64,000 bases of DNA from Spirochaetia bacterium (GCA_965199955.1 CBDATQ010000001.1:896001-960000), one strand, 5' to 3'; positions 34,043 through 45,097 are shown, numbered from the stretch's first letter. Notes: generated by a model from the letters alone, not told the origin. A program made the numbers and translations.

Positions 34043-35551
34043 TCAGCCGCTTTCTGAGAGGCGTCTGGGACCCGTGATGGCGTCAGCCGCGGGCCGCCAC
34101 TCCCGCGCCAGGCGCCGGGCCTCCGCCAGGGGGGCCGCGGAGAGACGAGCGGCAACCTGATCCCGGAACCGCTCGGCCGCTTCCCGCCGTTCCGGTGACT
34201 GGAACCGCGAGGCGGCGAGCTCGTACCACAGGTATGCCTCCGTGTTGTCCTGCCCCACGCCCAGTCCTTTGTCGTATATGTACCCGATCGAGAACTGCGC
34301 GTCGGCGGCGCCCCGTTCGGCGGCACGCCGGTACCAGTGGGCCGCTGCCGCATGGTCCTCGGCGACGCCCTGTCCGGCGAAGTACATGTTGCCGATCGTG
34401 TACTGAGCCACGACATCTCCCCGTTCGGCGGCGCGCCGGAACCACTTAGCGACTTCCCTGGTCAGGGCCGGCGGGATGTCCTCGCCGGTCGTGTTGTTGA
34501 CGATGTAACGGGCTTCGTCGTGGCCCTGTTCGGCGGCGCGCCGGAACCAGCTCATGGCGGCGGCATAGTCCTGGGAGACGCCGACGCCGACTCCGTACAT
34601 GATCCCGACCCGGAACTGAGCGTCGGCGTGGCCTTCGTCCGCGATGCGGAGCAGCCACTTCGCGGCCTCGGCAAAGTCCTGAGGGACGCCCTGACCGTCG
34701 AGGTACATGGTCGCGAGCCGGGACTGGGCGTAGGCGTCGCCCTGCTCGGCGGCCGCAAGGAACCATTTCGCGGCTTCGTCGTAGTCCTGAGTTACGCCCT
34801 GACCGAGGTAGTAGCTGGCCCCCAGGCCGGACTGAGCGTCCCCGTCGCCCTGCTCGGCCGCCCGGCGGAACCACTTCACGGCCTCCGCCGCGTTCTGGTC
34901 CACGCCGAGGCCGTCGCGATACATGAAGCCAAGCAGGGCCTGAGCGCGTACGTGGCCCTGCGCGGCGGCGCGGCCGAACCACATGGCTGCCCGGGCCGAG
35001 CTCCGAGAGACGCCTGTTCCATCCAGGTACATGAGTCCCAGGTAGAACTGGGCGTAGGTGTAGTCCTGTTCGGCGGCCCGGAGGTACCAGGCGGCGGCCG
35101 ACGCCTGGTTCGCGGCAACGCCCCGTCCTATGTGGTACGAGACGCCGAGGTAGTACTGGGCATAAGGGTCGCCCTGCTCGGCCGCCCGGCGGTACCACCG
35201 AAGCGCCTCGGCGTCGCTCTGGGCGACCCCGTGGCCTTCGGCGTACATGAGTCCGAGGCTGGCCTGAGCTTCGACATCGCCCTGCTCGGCCGCGCGCGAG
35301 TACCACGCCGCCGCTTCCGCGAGGTCGCGGGGTACGCCGAGGCCTAGGTAGTGCATGACCCCGACCCGGTACTGGGCTCGGGCGTCACCCCGCAGCGCAA
35401 GACTCCTGAATCCCCGGAGCGCCGTCGCGTAGTCCCCGCGCTCATAGGCCGCGACGGACTCACTCCAGGTCTGGGCGGTCGCCGGCACGGTCGCAGCCAT
35501 GGCCAGCAGGACCATGAGAGCCGGGATGCACCTGCGAATCGCCCGCTTCAC
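34043..35551 (-). CDS. secreted Sel1-like repeat protein (about 11 repeats)
   Basis: Signal peptide (M)KRAIRRC...ATA-Q; repeated AQxxLGxMYxxGxGVxQDxxEAxxWxRRAAEQG; start uncertain (35515/35551/35578). Confidence 0.92.
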   Translation of the reverse strand: MKRAIRRCIPALMVLLAMAATVPATAQTWSESVAAYERGDYATALRGFRSLALRGDARAQYRVGVMHYLGLGVPRDLAEAAAWYSRAAEQGDVEAQASLGLMYAEGHGVAQSDAEALRWYRRAAEQGDPYAQYYLGVSYHIGRGVAANQASAAAWYLRAAEQDYTYAQFYLGLMYLDGTGVSRSSARAAMWFGRAAAQGHVRAQALLGFMYRDGLGVDQNAAEAVKWFRRAAEQGDGDAQSGLGASYYLGQGVTQDYDEAAKWFLAAAEQGDAYAQSRLATMYLDGQGVPQDFAEAAKWLLRIADEGHADAQFRVGIMYGVGVGVSQDYAAAMSWFRRAAEQGHDEARYIVNNTTGEDIPPALTREVAKWFRRAAERGDVVAQYTIGNMYFAGQGVAEDHAAAAHWYRRAAERGAADAQFSIGYIYDKGLGVGQDNTEAYLWYELAASRFQSPERREAAERFRDQVAARLSAAPLAEARRLAREWRPAADAITGPRRLSESG

Positions 35552-35711
35552 GACGGCCCCGATGACTCCCAATCCCATGCTCGCACGTTGACCTGCGACG
35601 CATGCTACTCGCGCAACTACCATTCGCCAAACAAACCGGCAGTCATCGGCCCGCCTTCCGAGCCGGCGGTGGCGTGAGCGGGCATCCCGCAGTACGGTAG
35701 AGACGTTCGTC

Positions 35712-35950
35712 ATGGCCGGTTGCGGCGACCTCGTCGACCCCTTTCTCGGCACCGAAGCCGTCGACCTGCCGGAGCCGGAGGGCATCGCGGCCACCTGGTA
35801 TTATCTGAAGGCGCAGGTCGCCAACAACCATCCCGGGGCCGCGCTGCCACTCGGCCCGGTGTCGGCGCTGCCGGGAACGGGCCGGCGCGCTCTACCGCTC
35901 TGGAGCGGATACGGCCGCGAGCTGTACGTGGGACTGTCGCTCGATGGTCC
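35712..35950 (+). pseudogene. N-terminal relic of GH92 alpha-mannosidase-like gene
   Basis: VDPFLGT...AATWYYLKAQVANNHPGAALPLGPVSA resembles the GH92 start (VDPFIGT...GNTHPGA..PFGMVS); no continuation. Confidence 0.6.
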
Positions 35951-36113
35951 GGCCACGGCCCGAAGTTACGCCGCGGCGGCGGCCGCCTCGATCTGCGTCT
36001 CGGCTCCGATCCCGCCCGCTTCCGTCCCCCGATCCTGCCGCCAGGCAGTTGAGCCAAGGTCCCATCGTTCGCCGGATCGGCGTCGAACAGGACCGCCGGG
36101 AGCGAGCTCGCCT

Positions 36114-36857
36114 TCAGCCCTGTCGGGCCTTCCATGCGTGGTACTGGGCGAAGGTTTCCTCGTCCGGGGGGTAGTACTTGCCGGGGGAGAGGTTCTCCTC
36201 GTCAAGACGGCGGCGGATCCATTCCTCCAGGTCGTCGCGCTCGATGGTCGCTTGGGCGATCTCGGGCGCGATCGAGCGCGGGATGACGACCACGCCGTCG
36301 TCGTCGGCGACCAGGTAGTCGCCGGGACGGACCAGCACGCCGTCCACGGAGACCGCGTCGTTGGCGGTGTAGGGGTAGCCGAACTGCGTGCCCAGGGCCG
36401 CGGTTCTGCCCAGGCCCCAGAGTGAGACGCCGTAGTCCTTGACCGTGTCCATGTCGCGGATGCCACCGTCGCAGATCAGGCCGTCGGCGCCCCGCTGCTT
36501 GAGCCGGAGGAACTTGATGTCGCCGCCGACCGACATCAGCGTTGAGCGCATCGCCTCCATGACGATCACGTCGCCCGGTCCGGCCTGCTCGAGGGCCACG
36601 TACTCCGCCGACTGCTCGCCGGGAGGCTTGTCGGCCACGCCGTCCGGCCGGGCGGGGACGAAGCGGACGGTCACCGCCCGCGCGACCAGCCGCGCGCCGG
36701 GATTCATGCTCCGCACGTTCGCCATGAAGGTGTAGCGTGCGGCGTAGCCGGCGTGGGCCAGCGTGTCGACCACGGCGGTCGAGTTGATCAGCCGGAGGGC
36801 GGCGCGGGTCTCCTCGTCCAGAACGTGGCCGGGCGTCTGTTGCACCAGCGCGTCCAT
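36114..36857 (-). CDS. RraA-like / HMG-aldolase family protein
   Basis: RAVTVRFVP, GGDI, CDGGIRD, VRPGDYLVADDDGVVVIP. Confidence 0.88.
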   Translation of the reverse strand: MDALVQQTPGHVLDEETRAALRLINSTAVVDTLAHAGYAARYTFMANVRSMNPGARLVARAVTVRFVPARPDGVADKPPGEQSAEYVALEQAGPGDVIVMEAMRSTLMSVGGDIKFLRLKQRGADGLICDGGIRDMDTVKDYGVSLWGLGRTAALGTQFGYPYTANDAVSVDGVLVRPGDYLVADDDGVVVIPRSIAPEIAQATIERDDLEEWIRRRLDEENLSPGKYYPPDEETFAQYHAWKARQG

Positions 36858-36861
36858 CGGC

Positions 36862-37854
36862 TCAGTCCGGATTCTCCAGCGAATCGTAGAAGCGGATGAT
36901 GTCGCCGCGGTGCTCGGACTCGTTGAACGCCATGCCGGCGCGCGGGTGCTGGTTGTGCACGCCGGTCATCATGTACGGGTAGTCGAAGCCCCACTTGAGC
37001 TTCTCGCGCAGCGGCTCGATGTGGTGCTGGATGCAGTGCAGCGCCGGCCGCAGGCGGAACTTGGGGTTGTGCAGGAAGCTGAGCAGCAGCTCCATCGGGC
37101 AGTTGCCAGCCCCGCGTCCCAGGCCGGCCATGCTCGCGTCCAGCCGGTTGGCCCCCCGGACGGTGGCCTGGATGGTGTTGGCGAAGGCGAGCTGCCGGTT
37201 GTTGTGCGCGTGCATGCCGACCAGCTTGCCGCCCTCGTCGCAGTACGGCTGAAAGATCTTCATGTAGTCGTCGATGTGCTCCGTGTACAGCGCGCCGAAG
37301 CTGTCCACGATGCAGATCACCTCGACTTCGGAGCGGGCCACCAGCGCCAGCGCCTCGTGCAGCTCCCGATCGTTCACGGTGGACAGCGCCATCAGGTTGA
37401 GGCTGGTCTCGTAGCCCTTGTCGTGGGCGTCCTTGATCATGTCCAGCGCCAGCGGAATCTGGTGGATGTAGGTGGCGATGCGGATCATGTCGATCACGCT
37501 CTCCGACTTGGGGAGGATGTCCTCCTTGTAGTCGCTCTTCTCGGCATCGGCCATCGCCGCGATCTTCAGCGCCGTGTCGTTGTCGCCGACGATGCGGCGC
37601 ACGTCGCTCTCTTGGCAGTGCTTCCACGGCCCGAACTCGCCGGGCGGGAACTGCTCGCGGGAGTTGATGTAGCCGATCTCCATGTAGTCGATTCCGCCCT
37701 CGACGCACGCCTGGTACACGCCGCGCACGGTCTCGTCCGTGAACTGATGGTCGTTCATCAGTCCGCCGTCGCGGATGGTGCAGTCCAGTACCTTGATCTC
37801 CGGGCGATACGACATCCAGCCCGCAGTACCTGCCTGCGGCTCGCTCTCACTCAC
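36862..37854 (-). CDS. HMGL-like (DRE-TIM) aldolase catalytic-domain protein
   Basis: [42 protein letters not shown] before a GTG overlapping the aroC stop. Confidence 0.88.
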   Translation of the reverse strand: MSESEPQAGTAGWMSYRPEIKVLDCTIRDGGLMNDHQFTDETVRGVYQACVEGGIDYMEIGYINSREQFPPGEFGPWKHCQESDVRRIVGDNDTALKIAAMADAEKSDYKEDILPKSESVIDMIRIATYIHQIPLALDMIKDAHDKGYETSLNLMALSTVNDRELHEALALVARSEVEVICIVDSFGALYTEHIDDYMKIFQPYCDEGGKLVGMHAHNNRQLAFANTIQATVRGANRLDASMAGLGRGAGNCPMELLLSFLHNPKFRLRPALHCIQHHIEPLREKLKWGFDYPYMMTGVHNQHPRAGMAFNESEHRGDIIRFYDSLENPD

Positions 37855-38963
37855 GTTTCGGTCTCCTTTGCGAATTGTAGCACGGCCGCAGATGTCGCCC
37901 CATGAAGCAGATAGTGGTCGGCCAGCACCAGCGCCACCATGGCGTCCACCAGCGGCACGGCGCGCGGTAACACGCATGGGTCGTGGCGGCCGCGGCCCTT
38001 GATCGTCGTGGGATTGCCGTCCACGTCCACGGTCTCCTGCTCCCGCAGGATGGTCGCGGTCGGTTTGAAGGCGGCGCGGACGACGATGTCCTCGCCATTG
38101 GTGATGCCGCCCTGCACCCCGCCGGAGTGGTTGGTGCGGGTGCGGACGCGGCCGTCCTCGGCATAGAACGGGTCGTTGTGGGTCGAGCCGGTCAGCAGCG
38201 TACCGCCGAACCCGGAGCCGATCTCGAACCCCTTGCAGGCCGGCAGCGACAGGAGCGCCCTGCCCAGGTCGGCCTCCAGCTTGTCGAACACGGGCTCGCC
38301 CAGGCCGGGTGGGACGCCGCGCACGACCGTCTCCACCACGCCGCCGAGCGAGTCGCCGTCCTTGCGGGCGGCGCCGATGCGCTCGACCATTTGTTCCGCC
38401 GCCCGCGGGTCCGGACAGCGGGTGGGCGTCGCCTCGATGGCGGCGCGGTCGAGCCGCCCGTGGTCGACCTCCGCCTCGATCGACTGCACGCGGGCGACGT
38501 AGGACAGCACCTCGGTCCCGCAGCGCTCGCGCAGCAGCTTCCGGGCGATGGCGCCGGCGGCCACGCGGCCCACGGTCTCGCGCGCGCTGGCGCGCCCGCC
38601 GCCGATCCAGGCGCGGATGCCGTACTTGCGCTCGTAGGTGTAGTCGGCGTGCGAGGGGCGATAGGCACGGCGCACGTCCTCGTAGTCCTGTGGTTTGGCG
38701 TCGGTGTTGCGTACCAGCACCGCGATCGGCGTGCCAAGCGTGCGGCCTTCGAACACCCCGGACAGTATCTCAGCCTGGTCGGCCTCCCGCCGCTGGGTGG
38801 TCAGCGCGCTCTGCCCCGGGCGCCTGCGGTCCAGCTCCGCCTGCAGGTCGGCCTCGGCCAGCTCCAGCAGGGGCGGGCAGCCGTCGATCACCGCGCCCAC
38901 GGCGGGTCCGTGCGACTCGCCGAAGGTGGTGACCCGGAACAGGTGCCCGAAGGTGTTGCCCAT
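37851..38963 (-). CDS. aroC: chorismate synthase
   Basis: [36 protein letters not shown]. Confidence 0.98.
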   Translation of the reverse strand: MGNTFGHLFRVTTFGESHGPAVGAVIDGCPPLLELAEADLQAELDRRRPGQSALTTQRREADQAEILSGVFEGRTLGTPIAVLVRNTDAKPQDYEDVRRAYRPSHADYTYERKYGIRAWIGGGRASARETVGRVAAGAIARKLLRERCGTEVLSYVARVQSIEAEVDHGRLDRAAIEATPTRCPDPRAAEQMVERIGAARKDGDSLGGVVETVVRGVPPGLGEPVFDKLEADLGRALLSLPACKGFEIGSGFGGTLLTGSTHNDPFYAEDGRVRTRTNHSGGVQGGITNGEDIVVRAAFKPTATILREQETVDVDGNPTTIKGRGRHDPCVLPRAVPLVDAMVALVLADHYLLHGATSAAVLQFAKETET

Positions 38964-38971
38964 GACGCGCG

Positions 38972-39000
38972 ATGGTGGCGGCAGGTTCGCGCGTGGTCAA
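38972..39000 (-). promoter_or_regulatory. probable leaderless promoter of aroC
   Basis: TTGACC-N17-CACCAT, 8 nt before ATG; no SD. Confidence 0.5.
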
Positions 39001-39276
39001 TCAGGAGGCGCTGCCGCTGGGCTCATTGGCGCCATGCCGGGCCCTGAGTTGCTGCAAGAGCAGCGGTGAAATCCGATAGCCACACGCGGCCATGTGTTGG
39101 ACTACGACTGCGGCGTCGTCTATGAGCGATCTCCGTTCCGCCATGTGGAGCATGCGGGCGGTACCGATGTAACTCAGTCCGCGTCGGATGCGAGCGAACA
39201 GATCTCTTGGGATGAAGCGCGCGTCGATCTTGGCGAGGGCGATCAGAGGTCCCGCATCGCTTATGACGCGAGCCAC
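39001..39276 (-). pseudogene. DUF3368/PIN toxin with in-frame internal deletion
   Basis: VISDAGPLIALAKI N-terminus joined directly to RRGLSYIGT...GYRIS C-terminus; the central GExEAI/DE segment is missing. Confidence 0.7.
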
Positions 39277-39599
39277 GCGGAAACGTCGCCGGCTTCGTGG
39301 CTCGTCGTCTCGTCCTGCCGGACGATCTCGATGCCCAGGCTGCCCAGATGCTGGATGAACTCGCTCAGGGAGAGGCCGCTGATTTTCGCGGCCTTTCCCA
39401 GCGAGACGCCGCCGCCGTTGTAGAGACTGGCCGCGAGCGCCGGCCTCATTCCTGCTTCGGTCTCGGTCAACGACTTGTCCAGATGCATCAGCACGGCGTC
39501 CGGCTCGTTGCCCTTCAGGATCAGAACCGGCCCCTCCCTTGCTTGCCGTAACGCCAACGAAGGGTTCTTCTTCAGCTCTCGGACGTTGGTGGCGTGCAT
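39261..39599 (-). CDS. Phd-like/UPF0175 antitoxin
   Basis: NVRELKKNPS..LRQA N-terminus; LYNGGGVSLGKAAKISGLSLSEFIQHL HTH; overlaps the PIN gene. Confidence 0.8.
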   Translation of the reverse strand: MHATNVRELKKNPSLALRQAREGPVLILKGNEPDAVLMHLDKSLTETEAGMRPALAASLYNGGGVSLGKAAKISGLSLSEFIQHLGSLGIEIVRQDETTSHEAGDVSAWLAS

Positions 39600-39692
39600 C
39601 GCGTCGTTCCCATGCCTAAAGGTTCCTGCAGAGTGTAGTCCGCGCGCTGAGGGAACGCAACGGAGCCACCACACCGTCGGCCGGTCACAGCG

Positions 39693-39945
39693 GAGGCGAT
39701 CTACTTCCGCAAGCCGCTGGTCGTGAACCGCTACTCCGTGTACACCCACGACATCGAGCCGCTCGGCTTCCGCACCATCGAGATGGACGAGTTCGTCAGC
39801 GACGACACCGTGCGCGAGGCCCGCCGCACCTCACCGACGCCGCCCTGCGCGCCGAGGCCGCCGAGCACAACTACCGCATCGCCCGCACCTACTACTCTAC
39901 GAGACCCTGGAGGAGCGCCTCCGCCTGGTCCTGAGCATGTTCTGA
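39693..39945 (+). pseudogene. C-terminal relic of GT4 glycosyltransferase (MggS-like)
   Basis: EAIYFRKPLVVNRYSVYTHDIEPLGF...[frameshift]...AEHNYRIARTYYS...[frameshift]...LEERL...F*. Confidence 0.7.
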
Positions 39946-40032
39946 GGCGCGGCCGCCACGGGCACGCTACTCGCATGCCGGCGCCGGTCGGGATACGGTG
40001 GCAGTGCCGGATCGCCACCCGGCGACGGAGCG

Positions 40033-41295
40033 ATGGCAGAGACACCGGAACAACTCGCGCAACGAATCCGCTTGGGCGAGGACAGCGCGCTGGAGATCAA
40101 GGAAGTCACCATTGCCCACGGTCGCGTGACGGGGCCGCGGCGCGACCAACTGGCCGACGAGCTGGCCGCATTTGCCAACGCCAACGGCGGGACGCTGGTG
40201 CTGGGCGTCGAAGACCGGGCACGCCGTGTCACCGGCATACCTCCTGCGCATCTGGACGCCGCGGAGCGCCTCGTCGCGGACACGGTGCAGGACTCGATCA
40301 CACCGCCACTGGATGCCGATATCCGCAAACTGGAGCTGCCGGGTCCGCAGGACGCGCCGGTTGCCGTGCTGCGCGTCGACGTGCGCCGGGGTCTATCCGT
40401 CCACAAGAGTCCGGGCGGGTACTTGCGCCGGATCGGCAGCTCGAAGCGGCAGATGGAGCCCGAATACCTGGCGCGGCTGTTCGAGTTGCGCGGCCGGTCA
40501 CGCTTGCGCGACTACGGCACCCAGGCGATCGCGGCCGCCTCCGTCGATGACCTCGATCCGCGCCTGGTGGACCGGTTTCGGGGAGAGATCAGCGACGACG
40601 ACCGGGCCACGGCGTTGCTGAAGCTGGACATGGTGGCCGAGGAAGAGTCCGGAGCTCGGCGCCCGACCGTGGCGGGCGTGCTGCTGGGCAGCCGTCTCCC
40701 GCAGCGCTGGCTGCCACAGGCGTTCATCCAGGCAGTAGCGTACCGCGGCACCAGCATCGCCGAGGCCCTCGACGAGCCACGCTATCAACTCGATGCGAAG
40801 GATCTGGACGGCCCGCTCGACGACCAGATCGCCTACGCCTGCCGGTTCGTTTCACGGAACCAGCGCGTCGAAGCTTCCAAGGCGGTCGGCCGGTGCGACT
40901 GGCCGCAATACGATCCGGCGGCCATCTTCGAGGCGGTGGTCAACGCCGTGGCGCACCGCGACTACTCGATCCGAGGCGCCAAGATACGCTTGCGCATGTT
41001 CTCCGATCGCATCGAGCTGAGCTCCCCCGGAATGCTGATGAACGGCATGACCGTCGCCGATCTCCCCTACCGCCAGCAGGCCAGAAACCCCGCCATCACC
41101 AACCTGCTCGATCGCTGCCCGATCCCCGAAGGACTCGACACTCCCCGCCTGACCCTGATGGACCGCCGCGGCGAAGGCGTCCCGGCCATCCTCGCACGCA
41201 GCACGAAACTGTCTGGCAAGCGCCCCGTCTACGGTCTGTTCGGCGACGAACTCCGGCTCACCATCTTCGCCGCCTCTCCCGCGGCGTCACCATGA
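40033..41295 (+). CDS. Schlafen/AlbA_2 domain + HATPase_c_4 (RecG-C-like) protein
   Basis: GEDSALEIKE, AFANANGGTLVLGVED; EAVVNAVAHRDY, SSPG, RNPAI. Confidence 0.85.
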   Translation: MAETPEQLAQRIRLGEDSALEIKEVTIAHGRVTGPRRDQLADELAAFANANGGTLVLGVEDRARRVTGIPPAHLDAAERLVADTVQDSITPPLDADIRKLELPGPQDAPVAVLRVDVRRGLSVHKSPGGYLRRIGSSKRQMEPEYLARLFELRGRSRLRDYGTQAIAAASVDDLDPRLVDRFRGEISDDDRATALLKLDMVAEEESGARRPTVAGVLLGSRLPQRWLPQAFIQAVAYRGTSIAEALDEPRYQLDAKDLDGPLDDQIAYACRFVSRNQRVEASKAVGRCDWPQYDPAAIFEAVVNAVAHRDYSIRGAKIRLRMFSDRIELSSPGMLMNGMTVADLPYRQQARNPAITNLLDRCPIPEGLDTPRLTLMDRRGEGVPAILARSTKLSGKRPVYGLFGDELRLTIFAASPAASP

Positions 41296-41479
41296 GCCTT
41301 TCTCATGGCTCTCCTCGTACTGTCTGATACGTATGGGCGACGAACACCGAGTTCTCCAACGGGACGCTGAAGAAGCCGCCGCGGGTGGTGCTCAGACTTG
41401 TTTCTGACGCCAAGCCGACGGGGTAGAGTGTACTCGACGCGCCGTCAGTGCGCGCGATGGAGTGGTGTAGACCAGCGTC

Positions 41480-43075
41480 ATGGCACGGGGACGACCGAGA
41501 GCGCAGACAGCCGAGGGAGGCGGAGCGGGCACCACCCAGGCCGCCACGACCGGATACGAGGCCGAGCTGTGGCGTATGGCCGACGCGCTGCGGGGATCCA
41601 TGGACGCTGCGGAGTACAAGCACGTCGTCCTGGGCCTGATCTTCCTCAAGTACATCTCGGACGCCTTCGAGGAGCGGCACGCCCAACTCGAACGCGAGCA
41701 GGCCGAGGGCGCCGACCCGGAGGATCCGGACGAGTACCGCGCGGAGAGTATCTTCTGGGTCCCGCGCGAGGCGCGCTGGAGCCATCTCAAGGCACAGGCC
41801 AGGCAGCCCACCATCGGCCAGCTCGTCGACGACGCCATGGCCGCGATCGAACGCGACAACCCGGCCCTCAAGGACGTGCTGCCCAAGGACCACGCCCGCC
41901 CGGCCCTCGACAAGCAGCGGCTCGGCCAGCTCATCGACATGATGAGCAACATCAAGGTGGGCGACCGGGACGCCCGCTCGAAAGACGTGATCGGCCGGGT
42001 CTACGAGTACTTCCTGTCTCAGTTCGCGAGCGCGGAGGGCAAGAAGGGCGGCGAGTTCTACACGCCGCGCTGCGTCGTCGCGGTTCTGGTCGAGATGCTG
42101 GCGCCGTACCGGGGCCGGGTCTACGACCCGTGCTGCGGCTCGTCGGGGATGTTCGTGCAGTCGGTCAAGTTCATGCGCGCCCACGCCAGCGGCAACGGGA
42201 ACGGCGGCAGGGCCAGGGCGGACATCAGCATCTACGGGCAGGAGTCCAACTACACGACGTGGCGGCTCGCGAAGATGAACCTTGCCATCCGGGGCATCGA
42301 GGGGCAGATCGCCCACGGCGACAGCTTTCAAAACGACCGTCACCCGGACCTGAAGGCGGACTACATCCTCGCCAACCCGCCGTTCAACGTCTCGGACTGG
42401 GGCGGCGAGCGGCTGGCCGACGACAAGCGGTGGCGCTACGGCGTGCCGCCGAAGGGCAACGCCAACTTCGCTTGGGTGCAGCACATGGTCCACCATCTGG
42501 CCCCGGCGGGCGTGGCGGGGTTCGTGCTCGCCAACGGGTCGATGTCGTCGAGTCAGTCGGGCGAGGGCGAGATCCGGAAGAACCTGATCGAGGCGGACCT
42601 GGTGGACTGCATGGTGGCGCTGCCGGGGCAGCTCTTCTACTCGACGCAGATTCCGGCCTGCCTGTGGTTCCTGGCCCGACGCCGGCCCCGGCTCGGCGAG
42701 ATCCTGTTCATCGACGCCCGCAAGCTGGGGCGGATGGTCGACCGGACGCACCGGGAGCTGACCGACGACGACATCGCCCGCATCGCGGGGGCCTACCACG
42801 CTTGGCGTGACAGCTCGACGGTGTACGAGGACGTTCCGGGCTTCTGCAAGAGCGCGCCGCTCGACGAGGTGCGCCGGCACGGCCACGTGCTGACCCCCGG
42901 CCGCTACGTCGGCGCGGAGCCGCAGCCGGACGACGGAGAGCCGTTCGAGGCCAAGATGCGTCGGCTGGTCGAGGAGCTGCAAGTGCAGCAGGCCGAGGGA
43001 GCGCGACTCGATGCGGCCATCGCCGAGAACCTCAAGACGTTGGGCTTCGACCTGCCCGAGACGAGGGACGGGTAG
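41480..43075 (+). CDS. hsdM: type I R-M methyltransferase subunit M
   Basis: [40 protein letters not shown]. Confidence 0.96.
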   Translation: MARGRPRAQTAEGGGAGTTQAATTGYEAELWRMADALRGSMDAAEYKHVVLGLIFLKYISDAFEERHAQLEREQAEGADPEDPDEYRAESIFWVPREARWSHLKAQARQPTIGQLVDDAMAAIERDNPALKDVLPKDHARPALDKQRLGQLIDMMSNIKVGDRDARSKDVIGRVYEYFLSQFASAEGKKGGEFYTPRCVVAVLVEMLAPYRGRVYDPCCGSSGMFVQSVKFMRAHASGNGNGGRARADISIYGQESNYTTWRLAKMNLAIRGIEGQIAHGDSFQNDRHPDLKADYILANPPFNVSDWGGERLADDKRWRYGVPPKGNANFAWVQHMVHHLAPAGVAGFVLANGSMSSSQSGEGEIRKNLIEADLVDCMVALPGQLFYSTQIPACLWFLARRRPRLGEILFIDARKLGRMVDRTHRELTDDDIARIAGAYHAWRDSSTVYEDVPGFCKSAPLDEVRRHGHVLTPGRYVGAEPQPDDGEPFEAKMRRLVEELQVQQAEGARLDAAIAENLKTLGFDLPETRDG

Positions 43076-43082
43076 CCGGCGC

Positions 43083-43535
43083 ATGGGCACCGGAGGGGAG
43101 CACGGACCGCGCTGCCGTATCGACACCGGCTTTCTGCGGCGCTGCATCCACGCGCTGGAGGTCGCCTTCAAGGCAGTCGAGACGCACGGCGAGTCAGACG
43201 TCCTGTATGACCTCTGCCGGGCCGCCTGCGTCAAGGAGTTCGAGCTGGTGCTGGAACAGACCGGTGCGCTCTTGCGCAAGCGTCTCGCGGCGTTCTTCGC
43301 CAGCAACCGGCGGGCCGACGAGCTTGTGTTCAAGGACCTGTTCCGGCACGCCGCCAGGCACCGGCTGATCGACGTGGACGAGGCCGAACGTTGGTTGAGC
43401 TACCGCGACAGTCGGAACGACACGGCGCACAAGTACGGCGAGCACTTCACCGAGTCGATCCTGGAGCTGCTGCCGGCCTTCATCGCCGATGCGAAGGCGC
43501 TGGCCGACGCCATCGAGACCGCGAACGATGGATGA
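43083..43535 (+). CDS. HEPN-domain protein (HI0074 / nucleotidyltransferase substrate-binding family; HepT-like toxin)
   Basis: [11 protein letters not shown]...KDLFRHA...[14 protein letters not shown] (RX4HXY). Confidence 0.85.
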   Translation: MGTGGEHGPRCRIDTGFLRRCIHALEVAFKAVETHGESDVLYDLCRAACVKEFELVLEQTGALLRKRLAAFFASNRRADELVFKDLFRHAARHRLIDVDEAERWLSYRDSRNDTAHKYGEHFTESILELLPAFIADAKALADAIETANDG

Positions 43536-44461
43536 CCGCCTCCAGATCGCGCCCCGGCACCGGCGAATCCTGGAGGCCCTGCTCAGCAAGGTCGGCGACA
43601 AGACCAGCAGGCCGGGAGATGTCGTCTTCACCTCGAAGGGAACGGTCGGCAGGTTCGCGTTCGTTCGGGGGGACACGAAGCACTTCGTCTACTCGCCGCA
43701 GTTGTGCTTTTGGCGATCTCTGGACCGCACAGCCATCGACCCGTACTTCCTGTACTGCTGGATGAGAGGACCTGAGTTCTTCGGGCAATTCAAGGGCGTT
43801 GCCGGCCAAACGGACATGGCCGAGTACGTGAGTCTCACGGACCAGAGGCGCATGTTCGTCACCCTGCCGCTCCTCGACGAGCAGCGAGCCATCGCCCACA
43901 TCCTCGGCACGCTGGACGACAAGATCGAGCTGAACCTTCGGATGAATGCGACGCTGGAGGCGATGGCGCGTGCGCTGTTCCGGTCCTGGTTCGTCGATTT
44001 CGACCCGGTGCGGGCCAAGATGGAAGGCCGCGACACCGGGCTTCCGAAGGAGATCGCCGACCTGTTCCCCGACCGGCTGTGGTGGACTCGGAGCTGGGGG
44101 AGATCAGTGAGCTGCGCAACGGCATTACGCCAAGAACTGACCGGGCGTCTCGCAACGTCCCAATTGAATACGTGGTGAGAGATGGTGACCTTCTGTTCTC
44201 ATGGTCTGGAAGTCTGCTAGCGAAGTTCTGGACCGGTGGTGAGGGAGCCCTGAATTAGCATCTATTCAAGGTCACTTCCGGTCGGTACCCTATGTGGTTT
44301 TGCGGTCATTGGGTTTACCATCACTTGGAAGAGTTCCAGGCCATTGCGGCTTCGAAGGCAACCACGATGGGACACATCCAACGGAGTCATCTGAAAGAGG
44401 CGATGGTCACTTGCCCTCCGGACGGTGTGCTCGCCGAGTTGGGCCACACTATGGAATTGTT
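43528..44461 (+). pseudogene. hsdS: MNT-HsdS fusion, 5' part (deleted, frameshifted, nonsense, IS-split)
   Basis: MNT-like start [19 protein letters not shown] joined to TRD1; [23 protein letters not shown] conserved region; frameshift near 44080; LN*HLFKV with TAG at 44256; ends at the IS target site. Confidence 0.85.
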
Positions 44462-45097
44462 GAGCTACCATCAAGAGGTGTGTAAACGAAAAAGGCGGCG
44501 CCCTGTAGAATCCTGAAATCACCACAAAGTCAGGAGGACACCGCCGTGGAAGAGTTGGTCACGAAGCAGAGCACCCAGTCAAGCGCGTGCTGGCAGGCCA
44601 TGGAGGAGATAGCCCGGCGCCACGTTCAGCAGTGGCTGCAGGGATTGCTTGAGGACGAGGTGACGCAGAGTTTCTTGGCCGAGCCCGCTACCGTCGCCGA
44701 GATGAAGGGGAACGCGGCTACCGCAACGGCTACGGCAAGCCGCGGCAGCTGACCACACGGGCCGGCACGGTGACGGTGCGTCGGCCGCGGGTGCGCGGGC
44801 TGGAGCAGCGGTTCGAGAGCGCGCTACTGGCGCTGTTTGCGCGGCGCACGCCTGAGGTCACCGACGTGCTGCCGCAGTTGTACCTGCACGGGCTGGCGCT
44901 GGGCGATTTCGAGCTGGCGCTGCGGGGGCTGTTCGGCGAGCACGGTGGCGCGGGTGAAGGACCGCTGGCACGCCGAGGCGGCCGCGTGGCACGAACGCAG
45001 CCTGGCGGATCTGGAGTTGGTGTGTAAGCGTCCGCTGAACGCCACCTTACGACGGCTGAAATAGCGGGTGATCGTCCCTGTCAGGAGGGACGATGAG

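Noticed and set aside
41296..41479. Small ORF or regulatory RNA between the AlbA_2 gene and hsdM
   Set aside because: No recognisable motif or stable structure.
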